Of a stretch of DNA of 64,000 nt, positions 1 through 12,535 are shown one piece after another. Position 1 is the stretch's first letter; each line of letters begins with the position of its first letter. The translations under genes and the position numbers were made by a program. This stretch comes from Lama glama. Its lineage: Eukaryota. Location: assembly GCA_028534125.1 (NCBI GenBank), contig CM052838.1, positions 7,316,001-7,380,000 on the forward strand, written 5' to 3'. Under the pieces are notes generated by a model. It was not told the DNA's origin. It saw only the letters and a list, made by a program, of their open reading frames with translations, and searched no databases.

Positions 1-271
1 GAGCCACAGAGTAAGGCACCTTTTGGCACTTAGATTCTCTGCTACGTTATTTCATTGTATCACGTTGCACATGGGCCTTCCTCAGCTGAGGGACCGGGAG
101 CCTGTGGGGAAAGCAGTCATTATACCTGCTTTAAAGCAAAACCAAACCAAATTCTCTTATATAGCCGGTGTCTATGCTGAGCGTTTCAGAGAGTCAGTCC
201 TCCTTTCACTGAAACACATTTTATCTACTTTAAGCAGAAGCCAGAGCTGACCAGGCCCCTCAGGCCAACCC

Positions 272-350
272 TCCCCTCCCCCATCACCCATCCCCTCTGC
301 CCACCACCCATCCCCTCCCCCCATCACCCATCCCCTCTGCCCACCACCCA
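272..350. repeat. C-rich minisatellite, four ~20-nt units alternating two variants
   Basis: TCCCCTCCC(C)CCATCACCCA / TCCCCTCTGCCCACCACCCA, the pair repeated twice. Confidence 0.85.
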
Positions 351-986
351 GGGCTGGGCCTGAGAGGCGTGGGGAGGTCTCCAGCTGAGGGGCCCTGGGA
401 AACTACAGATGCGTTTCCCAGACTGGGCCATCACATTCTAAGAGAGACCCCGGCTGTACTGGGCTCCCCAGGCCGTAAAGCCAGTGNNNNNNNNNNNNNN
501 NNNNNNNNNNNNNNNNNNNNNNNNNNNNNNNNNNNNNNNNNNNNNNNNNNNNNNNNNNNNNNNNNNNNNNNNNNNNNNNNNNNNNNNNNNNNNNNNNNNN
601 NNNNNNNNNNNNNNNNNNNNNNNNNNNNNNNNNNNNNNNNNNNNNNNNNNNNNNNNNNNNNNNNNNNNNNNNNNNNNNNNNNNNNNNNNNNNNNNNNNNN
701 NNNNNNNNNNNNNNNNNNNNNNNNNNNNNNNNNNNNNNNNNNNNNNNNNNNNNNNNNNNNNNNNNNNNNNNNNNNNNNNNNNNNNNNNNNNNNNNNNNNN
801 NNNNNNNNNNNNNNNNNNNNNNNNNNNNNNNNNNNNNNNNNNNNNNNNNNNNNNNNNNNNNNNNNNNNNNNNNNNNNNNNNNNNNNNNNNNNNNNNNNNN
901 NNNNNNNNNNNNNNNNNNNNNNNNNNNNNNNNNNNNNNNNNNNNNNNNNNNNNNNNNNNNNNNNNNNNNNNNNNNNNNNNNNNNNN

Positions 987-1290
987 AGGTGTAAATTAGT
1001 AAACCATGTATAGGGCAATTGGTATAATAGTACTGAGCAAAACCACAAATCAAAGTATCCACTTTGGCCTAGGACTTGACGTCTAGAAATCTACATCACA
1101 GGATCTACAAGAAAGCACAGATCATGGAGTATAAACCAGGGAGCACTGCAGCGTTGTCTGCCGTTAGCTGAAGATTAGAAACAGCCCCAAATATTCATCA
1201 GTGGGAGACTTCCTAATGAGAGTATGGTCCAGGCTTTCAGCGAATGCTATTTAGCCGTAAATAAAGATTAGGTGCATTCAGCCAGTGTCA
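987..1290 (+). mobile_element. Old L1 (L1ME-like) ORF2-end fragment
   Basis: Degenerate L1 motifs GGTGTAAATT...AATTGG, CTAGAAATCTAC, AAATATTCATCAGTGGG. Confidence 0.45.
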
Positions 1291-1793
1291 GCTAAAACTG
1301 TTTCCCATCTCATTTTGACCCATCTCCCACCTTTCTGACCTCACTTCCCACCCTCTACTCGTAAACACCAGTAAAATGCCATCGCAGATGCTGAATGAAC
1401 ATGACACTTCGGAGGTCCATTTGACAATGCCTATTAAAGTTTTAAATGCCCATGAATCCACCCATTCCACTTCTAGGACACCTGTGGACATCTGTGTGTA
1501 TAAGGATGCTCACCAGTTGGTTTATAGCTTGGCTCCGGACTTTTGGGTCAATATTGGATGGCAGTCAGAAGACAGGTCCTGATGCGTTTAGTCTAGAACA
1601 TTAGTTTCCCAGTGGTGACAAGAGAATGCCCAGAGTGTTAAACCCCTCTCGTGGTGACAGCCAGGAGATCCCTCATGAGAAATTTACTAAAGTAAAAAAA
1701 AAAAATAAATAAATAAAGTAAAATTATCTGGAAATTTACTAAAGTAAAATTATCTGAGCTAAAAAGCAAAAGGCTAGTAGAGACAGGAAAGCA

Positions 1794-2250
1794 TGTAGTA
1801 TATGGTTGTTTTAAAATATACCCTCAAATTCTTTGATGGTCTTCCCTCAAGACATGGACCTTGATTTTCTCCCCTTCAGTATAGGTTGGACGTAGTGACT
1901 CTTCTGATGAATAGTATATGGTGGGGGTGATGGTGGGTGACTAGGTCATCGGAGACACTGTGGCATCTTCCTTGCTTTCTCTTGGAGTGTGTGCTCCGGG
2001 GGAGTTCTGCTGCCCTTTGGTGGGAACAGTCAGGTAGTCTGTAGAGAAAACTCCTAGTGAGGGTTTGAGGCCTCCTGCCAGCCCCTGCTGACATCTTAAC
2101 AGCTACTACGTGAGAGACTCTGAACCAGAAACACCCACTGAAACACAAATTCCTGACTCTCAGAAATTGTAAAATGATAAATGCATTTTTGTTTAAGCTG
2201 CCAAGTTTGGGGGGGTGTGATTTGTTATGCAGCAATAGCTATCCAATACA
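1794..2250 (+). mobile_element. MaLR solo LTR (MLT1 family)
   Basis: TG...CA termini; typical 3' end TGTTTAAGCTGCCAAGTTTGGGG...TTTGTTATGCAGCAATAG..AATACA. Confidence 0.8.
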
Positions 2251-2964
2251 AAGAGGGAAAAGCAGTTTGTGGTTAATATAGATGTATGTTCCCACCATCC
2301 CAGGCTCAGGGAATGACTTTTTAAAGCCCCATTATCAAGACTCTGTGTCATACATTTCTATTGCACCAAGAAATATCATTACTATGGTTGAAGTTGGCTA
2401 TTAGTTTCTTGTGTGTTATTTGTTATAATAGAATAATATGAAGAAATTTAAGTTACAAGAATCTTCCAATGCTTTTCAAATAGCACTTGATTGTCCTATA
2501 TTTTACCTGAAATTTTTATGTCTTGTACTTCATCACCAGAAAGATGTGCTTTTGACATTTTGCATACAATTCCGTGTGAAACTTCATCGATATAAATAAA
2601 CTCAAAGCTTTAGCAAGTGAATAAATGAACAGCAGTAGCATATGCAATGACAAAGGAAGATCTCCAAGAAATATTGTTCAATGAAAAAGAAAAGTGTACT
2701 ACTATTTGTATTTTAAAAAATAATAAAAAGAAGAAAGACAAAAGAATAGTTATTTGTACTTCATTAAAATGCGTTTAGAAATCTCTGGAAGGATGAGCAA
2801 TAAACTAAAAACTAGTTACCTAACAGTGGGATTGGAACAGAGAAAATGGTTGACTGCATGATGTAATCAAAAAGAAATACAGAATTTTTTTAATTAAACA
2901 AATTCAAAAAGGGAGGGGCACCCAGAACTTCAGTATGACTACCCAGGTTCTTCTCTGATGAGCT

Positions 2965-3195
2965 CAGGGGGTTTTATTTGAGATTTGCAAACATTAGCTT
3001 CTATGTATAAAAATAGATTTTTTAAAAGTTTCTTCTGTACAGCATAGGGAACTATATTCAATATCTTGTAAAAACCTTTAATGAAAAAGAATATGAAGAC
3101 AAATATATGTATGTATATGCATGACTGGGACATTGTGCTGCGCACCAGAGATTGACACATTGTAACTGACTATATTTCAATTTAAAAAAAAAAGA
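2965..3195 (+). mobile_element. Artiodactyl/camelid L1 3' end with poly(A)
   Basis: TACAGCATAGGGAACTATATTCAATATCTTGTA...GACACATTGTAACTGACTATA + A-tail; homologous to the copy at 31268-31720. Confidence 0.85.
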
Positions 3196-3989
3196 CAAAT
3201 AAAAACTTCTCTTAAAAAAAAAAGTACATACAGATAATAAGAGAGGCACGTAACCAAGGCTGGATGCCTAGTAAAGGCAGGAATAACCCCCAGGATGAGC
3301 TGGCCATGTGAAAGATGCCCGGAGCAAGGACATTTTTGGTTGTTTGCAGTGAAAAAGTAACAAGAAAGGCTAGCGCCACCCCTCTCAGGAGAAGATGGCA
3401 GACTGCTCCTTGGCAACAGACAGCAAATAGAGTTGCTCCCTGGTTATGACCCTTTGACCCTCTGAGCTTGCCTCATTTCCAAACCAGGGAAAGTCTGTTA
3501 TGACTTGTTGCAATCCTGCCGAGTTCACTAGGCACTCAGGTTATTTGCTTCTGGGTTCCTTGTCTTCTGACAAAGTTGGCCCTGGTTGTTTGGGGGTTAT
3601 TTTGGAGTTTTTTGCTTTGTGCTTTTTTTTTTTTTTTTTTTTTTTTGGTTATGACCTGGGTAGACCATGCTTGGCTAGACCATGTTCCTGGCTGTCCCCT
3701 TTACGCCTGCTCTTGGCTCCTTCAGAATGTGCTCTAACTCTGAGTGTCCTTAAGTAGCGTTTACACTCCCCTCTAGTCTCAGAACTCATTCTGGAACTCA
3801 CTGTAGCCTGCAGCCGGCTGCACTAGACCTGCTAAATCAGCCAAGAATGCTCCCACCAGGCCTTGGCACTAGCAGTGCGGATGTGGGCTTCACTCTTTGG
3901 GTACCAAACCGTTGGAGACATGCGTCACTATCTTCTCCAGTCCAAGAATGATAATCTTCAAATAGAGTAAGGAAAATAAAAGACAAACT

Positions 3990-4480
3990 TTACCAAGAAG
4001 CAGTTAACATCTATGAAAGGAGACGAGGTTGAAGAAGTACACTTGGCCACTGAATAGTGTCAAGTCTTCAAGTCCAGATTAATTCTATCCCAGGGGAACA
4101 GAAATGCTTGCAAACACGACTGTGAAAGAAAAGCAAGGATTGTGGAGAATAGTTTCTCCGTTTTTCAAATGGTGGGAAAATATATGCTCCACCAAGTAGG
4201 CACAACATGGACTCCCAGTAAACCTTGTGAATGAGTTATTAAACAGGGTGTGAGCACTGAATAAAGAAATGCGTAACTAGAAGCCAGGATGATTTGTTAA
4301 AAATACGCCAGATTAGCTGTGAAATCTTTGTCGGCTTGTTTCAGTTGACCATTTTCAACCTGGAGGGAGATAGTCAATGTTCAACACCTTTGAACTGTCC
4401 TAGTCAACACTTTTGTCAGTAACTAAGATGTGCAGAGGTAGTCAAGGGCTATGTTATCCCATTATTATGCTGTTTCACAT
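3990..4480 (+). mobile_element. Ancient CR1/L3 LINE fragment (upstream part)
   Basis: Highly degenerate RT-region-like sequence; appears to continue at ~6880. Confidence 0.4.
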
Positions 4481-4494
4481 AATGCATTTTAAAA

Positions 4495-6235
4495 AATCAT
4501 AACTAATTAAAACTTCTACTTTGTGAAAGACACTGGTAAGAGAATGAAAAGACTAAGCCACAGACTGGGAGGAAATATCTGCCAAACATCTGACAAAGAA
4601 CTGGTATCCAAAATGTAAAACTTCTACAACTCAGCTATAGGACCACCTCACACCTATTAGGACGACTGCTCTCAAAAACCCAGAAAATAACAAGTGTTGA
4701 CAAGGATGTGAGCAAATGGAACCCTTGTTCGCTGTTAGTGGGAGTGTAAATGGTACAGTCACTATGGAAAATGGTATGATGGTACCCTAAAAATAAAATT
4801 ACTGTATCACCCATCAACTCTCCTTTTGGGCGTATACCCAAAAGAATTAAAAACAAGATCTTAAAGAAATATGAATACTCATTTTCATGCAGTGTTATTC
4901 ACAGTAGCCAAGAGGTGGAAGCATTTNNNNNNNNNNNNNNNNNNNNNNNNNNNNNNNNNNNNNNNNNNNNNNNNNNNNNNNNNNNNNNNNNNNNNNNNNN
5001 NNNNNNNNNNNNNNNNNNNNNNNNNNNNNNNNNNNNNNNNNNNNNNNNNNNNNNNNNNNNNNNNNNNNNNNNNNNNNNNNNNNNNNNNNNNNNNTGATTC
5101 CACTTATATTAGGTGCTTTGAGTAGTCAAAATCATGGAGACAGAGGGTAGAATGTTGGTTAGGGGAAAGGGGAAATGAGGAGTTAACTATTTCATGGATA
5201 CAGAATTTTAGTTTTACAAGATGAAAGAGCTATAAAGATGAATGGCTGAACTGTTCACTTAAAAACAGTTAAGATGTCAAATTTTATGCCATGGATATTT
5301 TATTACCACAATAAAAAACAACTTGAAGAAGCAGGAAAAAACAATGAGAAAACACAATTTAAAAATGGGCAAAATACACAAACAGACATCTCACTAAAGA
5401 AGATACACAGATGTCAGATAAGTATATGAAAAAGTGCTCCACATCATATCATCGTGGAATTGCAAATTAAAACAACAGTAAGATACCACTTCACGCCTAT
5501 TAGAGTGGCTAAGATTCAAAACACCGACATCGCCAAATGCTGATGAGGACGTGGAGGTACAGGAACTCTCATTCACTGTGGGTGAAAATGCAAAATAGTA
5601 CAGCCACTTTGGAAGGCAGTTTGGTGGTTTCTTATGAAACCAAACATACGCCCACAGTATGATTCAGCAGTTGCACTCTTTGGTGTTTACTCATAAGATG
5701 AAAACTCACGTCCACACAACAGCCTCCACAGAGATGTTTATAACAGTTTCATTCACAATCGCCAAAATGTGGAAGCAACCGAGATGTCTTGGAAAGGCAG
5801 GAAGGAACCTTGAATGCACACTGCTAAGTGAAAGAAGCCCATCTGAAAGGCTGTATACCATGATTCCAACTATATGACATTCTAGAAAAGGCAAAACTGT
5901 AGATACAGTAAAAACCAGATCAGCGATGGGGGGGACGGACAAGTCTGGGGGAGGGGCAGTTAGAGCAGCAAAACTGTTTTGTGTGATGCTGTGATGATGG
6001 ATACATGACATTATGCATTTGTAGCAACCAGAAACAAAAACAGAAAGATCTGCACAACACAAAGAGTGAACCCTAGCTTAAACTATAGACTTTAGGTAAT
6101 AATAATGTATCAGTACTTGTTCACCAGCTGTAACGGGTATACTTCCAATGCAAGAGGGGGTAGAATATATGGGAGCTCTCCGGACTTTCTGCTCAATTTC
6201 TCTGTAAACCTAAAACTGCTCTAAAAAAAAATAAG
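4495..6235 (+). mobile_element. L1MC-like element interrupted by an L1MB-like 3' fragment (~4635-5320)
   Basis: ORF2 C-terminal motifs (AGAATGAAAAGAC.AAGCCACAGACTGGGAG; CACCTATTAG; AAAATGGGCAAAA). The CACCTATTAG...GTGTTG block occurs twice, each time followed by a different 3' UTR type. Confidence 0.75.
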
Positions 6236-6350
6236 GTCAGTTTATTTTATAAATGTCAAAATTAAAAGTAGAAAAAGTATTTGACTGGGAGCTTTTCTGA
6301 AAATGAAACTGAGAATTAAGAAAATAGGCCCTTTTAAAATTTAGTTTATA

Positions 6351-6462
6351 GGGGGAGAGCGTAGCGCAAGAGGTAGAGTGCATGCTTCGCATGCATGAGG
6401 TTCTGGGTTCAATCCCCAGCACCTCCATTATAAAAAGAACTAAATAAATAAACCTAATTACC
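6351..6462 (+). mobile_element. tRNA-derived camelid SINE (vic-1 type)
   Basis: A box TAGCGCAAGAGG, B box GGTTCAATCCC, tail AATAAATAAACCTAATTACC; 15-bp TSD AAA(A/T)TTTAGTTTATA at 6336-6350 and 6463-6477. Confidence 0.9.
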
Positions 6463-6879
6463 AAATTTTAGTTTATAAATACAACTGTGAATTCTTAGAA
6501 AGAATAAAAAGTGCATCAAGTAACTTTTCCGGGTGATGAAATGTTCTATGTCTTGAGAGTAAGTAATAGTACCATGGTTGTATAAATGAATCAAAACTCA
6601 TGGATTTTTATGCCTTAAAATTCATCCATTGTATTGTATGTAAATTATACCTTAATGAAGAATTTTTTCTAAGTGAGGTGAGTGACCTGGGGATGTCATT
6701 TTTATGCCAAAATTGTGTGAAAGCACAAAACATGATCCTTCACTTTGTACTTGACTTTTACTGCATGATTCTAAAGAGAATTATTTTCACAAGAGCTTCG
6801 TCAGTTTTTTTTCCAAGTCTCCTTTAAACACTTTAATATTTAGACCATTCTCTTTTAAACCCTTTTTGAAGTCATCATC

Positions 6880-7610
6880 CTTGTTAAATGTCTCTTCTTT
6901 AGTTGCTAAGTCTTCTAAATCTGCTGCCCTCCCTTGGTCCATGGTTCTGTGTGTGACTTGATCTGTTGTCCAAAATCAGTGTCGTGGACTACTGGTTTGT
7001 TTTGTTTTGGGGGGTTTTTTGGCACAAAATTTGCTGTACGCTTTGCAACTCGGCCAAAGAAGATGGACAAGGATGTTCAATCAAAGGATAAGCATAGATG
7101 GTAGTGTTGACTGAGGAAAGATGTTTGAGTAGGAAGTACTTTTACATTGCGTTAGACTTGGTTCGCTAGGGAAGACTTTCACATTAAGATGATTTTTTGC
7201 TTTCCTTTATGACTTTGTAACCGCAGACTGCAATAATAAAGGTATGAGAATGCCTTGGAGAAACTGGATGCATTTTTTAAAATCAAATAATGTAGATGAA
7301 ACCAAGCTGAATGAATGGGTAAAACAGTGAATTGCTCTATCAGGATTTGGAAAGATATTGACAAAATGGGAAGGATCAGCCTAAACCAGCAAGGGGAGGT
7401 TTAACACACGTTTCCCATTTAAGTTAAGAGGCTAATTTCAAACGTTGAGCGTAGATTTACCAGTGGCTTGTCGCACTGGTGCTTACAGAACAAGTCTTAG
7501 TTTTAGGTCTTGTCCAGATCAGGCAAGCCAGTAGGATTAGACAGCTCTACAAGGAGCTAACATCATTCTCGTCTGTGTTAATTAAACTACAGCAACATCA
7601 TGCTCTTTAA
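6880..7610 (+). mobile_element. Ancient CR1/L3 LINE fragment (downstream part)
   Basis: Degenerate RT-domain-like nucleotide motifs (GATGAAACCAAGCTG...CAGGATTTGGAAAGATATTGACA). Confidence 0.45.
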
Positions 7611-7629
7611 TACCGGTTACTGTTGCTCA

Positions 7630-7790
7630 GCAATTCTCAGAGTTCAGTGTTGGACAGTCACCCAGGGAGCTGGTTAAAATGCTGATTCTGAGGCTTCTTG
7701 TCTTCTTGGTCTTATTCTCTCAACCAGGAGTGGATCCGGGGCTCGTAATTTATAAGACGCGCCCCAGGTGAGTCCACAGTTTCTGAGAGG
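7630..7790. mobile_element. MER5-type hAT-Charlie MITE
   Basis: TTCTCA...CACCCAGGGAGCTGGTTAAAATGCTGATTC...CCCCAGGTGA..TGAGA. Confidence 0.55.
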
Positions 7791-8959
7791 ATGCTGTGTG
7801 GATTCAGAAGTGAAAACATGCCCCTCTGATCTGCTTCAATATATTCTCACTTAAAGAGGAAAAAAAACAAATCTACCACTTGAGACCAACGGAGTGAGAT
7901 TTTGCTCTGTAATTCAGAAATGAATGCAGTGATAACCATCTGCAATTAAGGTCAAAGTCACTCGGGGAGTCTGAGGCGAGCGCTCTGTCAGTCTGCTCGG
8001 GGTCCCCGACAGCCCCCTGGAGGGAGGCTTCGCTGTTGGATTCCAGCATCCTTCTTTTTGGGTTGAGAGTGGTGAATGAAGCCTGTCTAGGCTAGGCTAG
8101 CTATTTGGAATGAAACTCTGGCGTCGGGGCTTGGGATACGGAATTCAAATGTCTGAGTACCAGGGGTCACTGGAAGAACCTCTGGAGTCCCTTTTTCACC
8201 TACTGAGATGGGAAAACACATCATCGTAACACAGTGAGGCTAACATGAGGATTAGCCAAGATGAGTCATTCCGCGGGTGAGCATGTAGCTCACGGGAGAA
8301 GCCAGCAAACAACGTCAGTCCCTCCCCCCTCCTCCACTCCCCCCACCGGCATTATCCAGGAGCAGCAGGAAGGTGCTTGGCTGGACCTCCCTGCTCCCTC
8401 GTTTTAGCCCCAGGTACACACAACAAGGGGCCCATTAGAGGGATGAAGTTACAAATCAAAATATCAATAGAGACACCTTTTCTTTTTTCTTTTTTCTTTT
8501 TTTTTTCCACATGAGACCAAACCAGAAAAACAAAGCTTTATGGACTGAAATTGTTTTTCTCTTAAAAATGAAAATAATTTTATTAAGTAAAGTTTGGGCA
8601 AACACAGTGGCGACAAGGGCTTGCTGCTGGCAGATGGGCCAGGCTGCCTCCCACACCCTCTTCTGGGCAGGAGGAGGCTGTGGCCGACCTAGAATCCTGG
8701 AGGTCACCCTCCTGCTGGGAATGAGATGGTATTGTTTGGGGACACCGTTGTACCTCCCCTGAAGGAGATACATGGATAAGGAAACTGAGAAAAATGAAAG
8801 GATTTAACTGGTGTCAGAGGGCCAGCAGGTCAAAGACTCAAATCTGGGTGTGTGGGCAAGAAATCCTATGCCTTTATGTCCTCATGAGATTGACATCTCC
8901 GCCCTCTACATTCTCCCCCAGGACTATCACTGGCTAGGTAAAGAGGAGGCTCTTGGTGT

Positions 8960-9300
8960 TCAACAGGTATTTACTTAGAACTTGCTATGTGCCAAGCTCG
9001 GTGTTGAGAGCCAGAAGGTACAATGATGACTAAGACATAACCTGAACTCTCCAGGCACCCTCTAGTGGCTGGCAAAGGGGCGGACCTGCTGTGGCACTGA
9101 CTGGGGGGATATCTGGGCAAGGCATTTACTCTTCTGAGCCTTAGTTTTCTCACCTGGGAGATGGGGTTGATAAGACTGACCTGACAGGGTGGTTTGCCAT
9201 GACTATACGAAATAATTTGAGAATCAGTGCTCTAACAAGTGCACGTGAACACCCTAGCCCAGCGCCTGGCGTGGGCTTGGCACTTGAGAAATGGTGGTGG
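8960..9300. mobile_element. L2 3' end plus MIR SINE
   Basis: TTCAACAGGTATTTACT...ATGTGCCA (L2 end); MIR core TGGGCAAGGCATTTACTCTTCTGAGCCTTAGTTTTCTCACCTG. Confidence 0.65.
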
Positions 9301-9857
9301 GACCGTGGTGGCAGCTTTCAGGTCTGGCTCTTCTTCAGGAGAAGGAAACAGCCCCCCTTCCTTTCAGGAGAGCTAGCCTCATTGCCCCGCTTCCTGGTCC
9401 TGGGGAGTCCCCTGGCATCTGATTGTGGCAGAATCAGGACTGGACGTGCCAGATTGGAGCCTCTCTCGTGCCCATCCCACAGGCATTCCCTGTGGGTAAA
9501 CCGTGACACGTGACGGCTTCAGAATGACACACAGCTGGGCCCGGAATGGGGTTCTGGTTTTGGCCTCAGGGCAGGTGCCGAGGCACAGGGCTCCGGTCCC
9601 CGCTGTCTCCCCTTGCACCCCGGGTGGGGGTTGCTGGAACTCGGTCTGCTTTAGGGAAACAGGACTGTTTGTGTTCTCACATTCGGTTAGCCAGAGGGAG
9701 CTGAGTTTTTGTTGGCCTGACAGCTATGTGACCTTGGGACAGGAGCAGCCTGCGTGCGTGTCCAGGTTGTCACAGTTCTGGGTTAGGGTTCGTATTTGGA
9801 GCAGGTGTGGCCCTGGTCACGGGGCTCTGTGTTTGGTTACCTTGCCAGTGGAATCAA

Positions 9858-9872
9858 ACGCGCGCCCGCGCG

Positions 9873-9913
<41 letters not shown>
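9858..9913. repeat. (CG)-rich tract + (CA)17 microsatellite
   Basis: ACGCGCGCCCGCGCGTGCGCG followed by (CA)n. Confidence 0.95.
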
Positions 9914-9915
<2 letters not shown>

Positions 9916-10331
9916 TTGCTGATAAAAGCAGAGAGCTGCTATGTACAGGAACTCAAACGAAGGAACCTGTTACACCTGCTCACCTCACAGAGGGGTGTCG
10001 GGCGAGACCAGGGAAGCTCTGTGCAAGAAAGGGATACACATAGAGAGGCACAGAGGGAGGATCTGGGAGCTGGGGACGAGGAGGCAGGGAAGATTTGGTG
10101 GTTTGGGGAGCCAGAAGCAGGAGTGCTTAGACGAGAGAAGAATTTTAAAAGAAGAAGGTTCAAGAGAGCTTGGGAGGATTTTAAAGGAAAACAGACATTT
10201 CTAATGAGAATTTGGATTCTTATAACAACAGTGTTCGGTGTGCAAAGTAAGCCCATCTCTCCGACCTCCCTTAAGCAGAATGTGTCCCGCTCCCTCCGTG
10301 TTCCGGACTCCGTCGCGGGGAGGGGAGCCGG

Positions 10332-10533
10332 CAGTGTTCTGAGCCATAGTGTAGGGTTGCGTGGTCCCCGAAGCAGCGGCGTCTGCACCACTGGGGAGCT
10401 TTGTAGAAATGCACATGCTCAGGCCCCACCCCAGACCTCCTGAATCTGAACCTCCGGGTTTGGGGCCCAGCAGTGGATGTTTTCCCACACTGTCTGGTTG
10501 GTCGTGATGCAGAGTAAAGTTTGAGAAGCGCTG
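10332..10533. mobile_element. MER5A hAT MITE
   Basis: GGGGAGCTTTGTAGAAATGCA...AGGCCCCACCCCAGACCTCCTGAATCTGAA...AAAGTTTGAGAAGCGCTG. Confidence 0.8.
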
Positions 10534-11869
10534 GTGTCTGACGGAGGCAGCACGTAGCGATCACCAACACCTGTAATGCCCCGGTACCACTCAGCGGGCA
10601 GGGACGGCGATGCTGCACCCCGGCTGGCCTCAGAATCACCACAGGGGCTTTGATGAGTCCACCCCGCACCAATTAAACCAGGAGCTTTGTGGGGAGGACC
10701 GGGCAGCCCTCCAGGTGATTTCCTTGTGTCCTGATCTAGTGTCAGGGAAAACAAAGTCTCCAGATAAAGTTAGAAATTTCAACCCCGAATATAGGGGATG
10801 GATGTCACCAAGCCTTAGGCAGGTGTTGCTGGAGGGCACAGCCAGACTCCCAGCCGTTTATGGGGAACCAGGTCAAAAAATTCACTCCACACAGAGAACC
10901 AGGCTCTCTTGGGCAGACTCCGTAAGACCTGGCTTTGTGTTAAAAAAAAATAATAGATGTGTGTTTTGAATTATAAAAGCCTGTTTCATTCCAAAATAAT
11001 AACAGACTGGAATAAAAGAAAAAAAATCAAATGTAATTCAAGCACAGCCATTACTATCACTTTGATGGGTTTCCTGACATGTCTTCATTTGCATATGTTA
11101 ATATAGCAGAGATGAGAGGTCAAATTTTGCATCCTGATTTTTTTCTTTGAACAGTATTTTTTTTTTTTTGGTGGTGCTACAGTCTTCATAGTAATCGTTT
11201 GAATGCCTGCAGGATGTTGGTATACAGTTTCTAAATAAGATATCATAATGGTTTGAAAGCCAGTTTCTTTCACAATGTGTGGAAAGAGCCCAGTAATGGA
11301 GCTGCATTTGGCCAATCCGGCTCCCGCTGCTGTTAAGGGGTCCTGAGGGTAGATGCCCCCACCTGCTCCATCATCGCCAGGAGCCCTGCTCATACCGTAG
11401 CTCTCAGCACCCAAGCTCCTTTCATGTAGCTCCGAACTTCCAGTTATTTACACCAATTATTTACATACAGATTCACTCCTTCCTGATGCCTGTGGCCAAA
11501 GGCCAGGTATTTTTGTTCAGAGGAAATTTTTAAACACTTTATTCTGAACCACTTCAAACATTTACAAAGACTGCAGAATAGTCCAGGGACCTCTCCGTGG
11601 ACTCCTTTATCCAACTTCAACAATTATGAACTCATGGCCAGTCATGTCTCCTGTTTCCCTACCCCTACTTGTTCCTGTGTTATTCTGAAATGAACCCCAG
11701 CAGCCAGCATATCTATTCATGCCTAAAGAACTTGGGAGCATCTGGTACAGCCTTGAGTTATGGTGTGTGCTCTCTCTTCTGGGATGTGTGACGGAGGGGC
11801 CTTCGCTGTGCTCACTGCCACATCCCAGAACCTAGAATGCTGCCTGGCAGAGAATAGACACTTGATTTT

Positions 11870-12535
11870 TTTTTTCAACAGTAGTAAAGTACGTGTGATG
11901 TCAAGTTGACCTCTTAACCATTTCTCGCTGTACAGTTCGAAGGCATTTAAGTACTTCACACTGTTGTGTAACCATCACCACCGTCTGCCTCCAGGACTTT
12001 TTCATCCTCCCCAACCGGAACTCTTGCCCCATTAAAGCAACAGCATCCCACCCCACACCTCCCACAAGCCCCTGGAAAGCACCATTCTGCTGTCTGCTTC
12101 TCTGTGTCTGATTATTCCAGATGCTTCATACAGCACCTGTCTTTCTGTGACTGACTTGTTTCACTTAGCATCATGCCTCTTGTGTGACTTGTGACGCCAC
12201 GCAGCACTGTGCAGGATCAACGTTAGTCCTCAAGGTTCATCATGTTGTGTCGTATGTCAGAACTGCCTTCCTTTTCTAAGACTGAATAATATTCCGCTGT
12301 GTGTACGTATCACGTTTTGTGTACCCACTCGTCCATCAATGGGCACTTGGGTTGCTTCCGCCTCTTGGCTATTGGGAATAATGCTGCTATGAATATGGTT
12401 GTTCACATACTCCTTTGAGACCCTGATTTCGAGTCTTTTGAGTATATATACCCAGAAGTGGGATTGCTGGATCATATGATGATTCTACTTTTAATTTTTA
12501 GAGGAACCATCCTTCTCTTTTGCACAGCGGCCGTG
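11870..12535 (-). mobile_element. L1MB-like 3' fragment
   Basis: Reverse-strand L1 3' UTR/ORF2 end (ATACCCAGAAGTGGGATTGCTGGATCATATG; GTAACCATCACCACC). Confidence 0.85.

Noticed and set aside
9796-10443. 215-aa ORF with an HT repeat
   Set aside because: The HT run is the translated (CA)n, the 3' end runs into MER5A, and the start is non-ATG.
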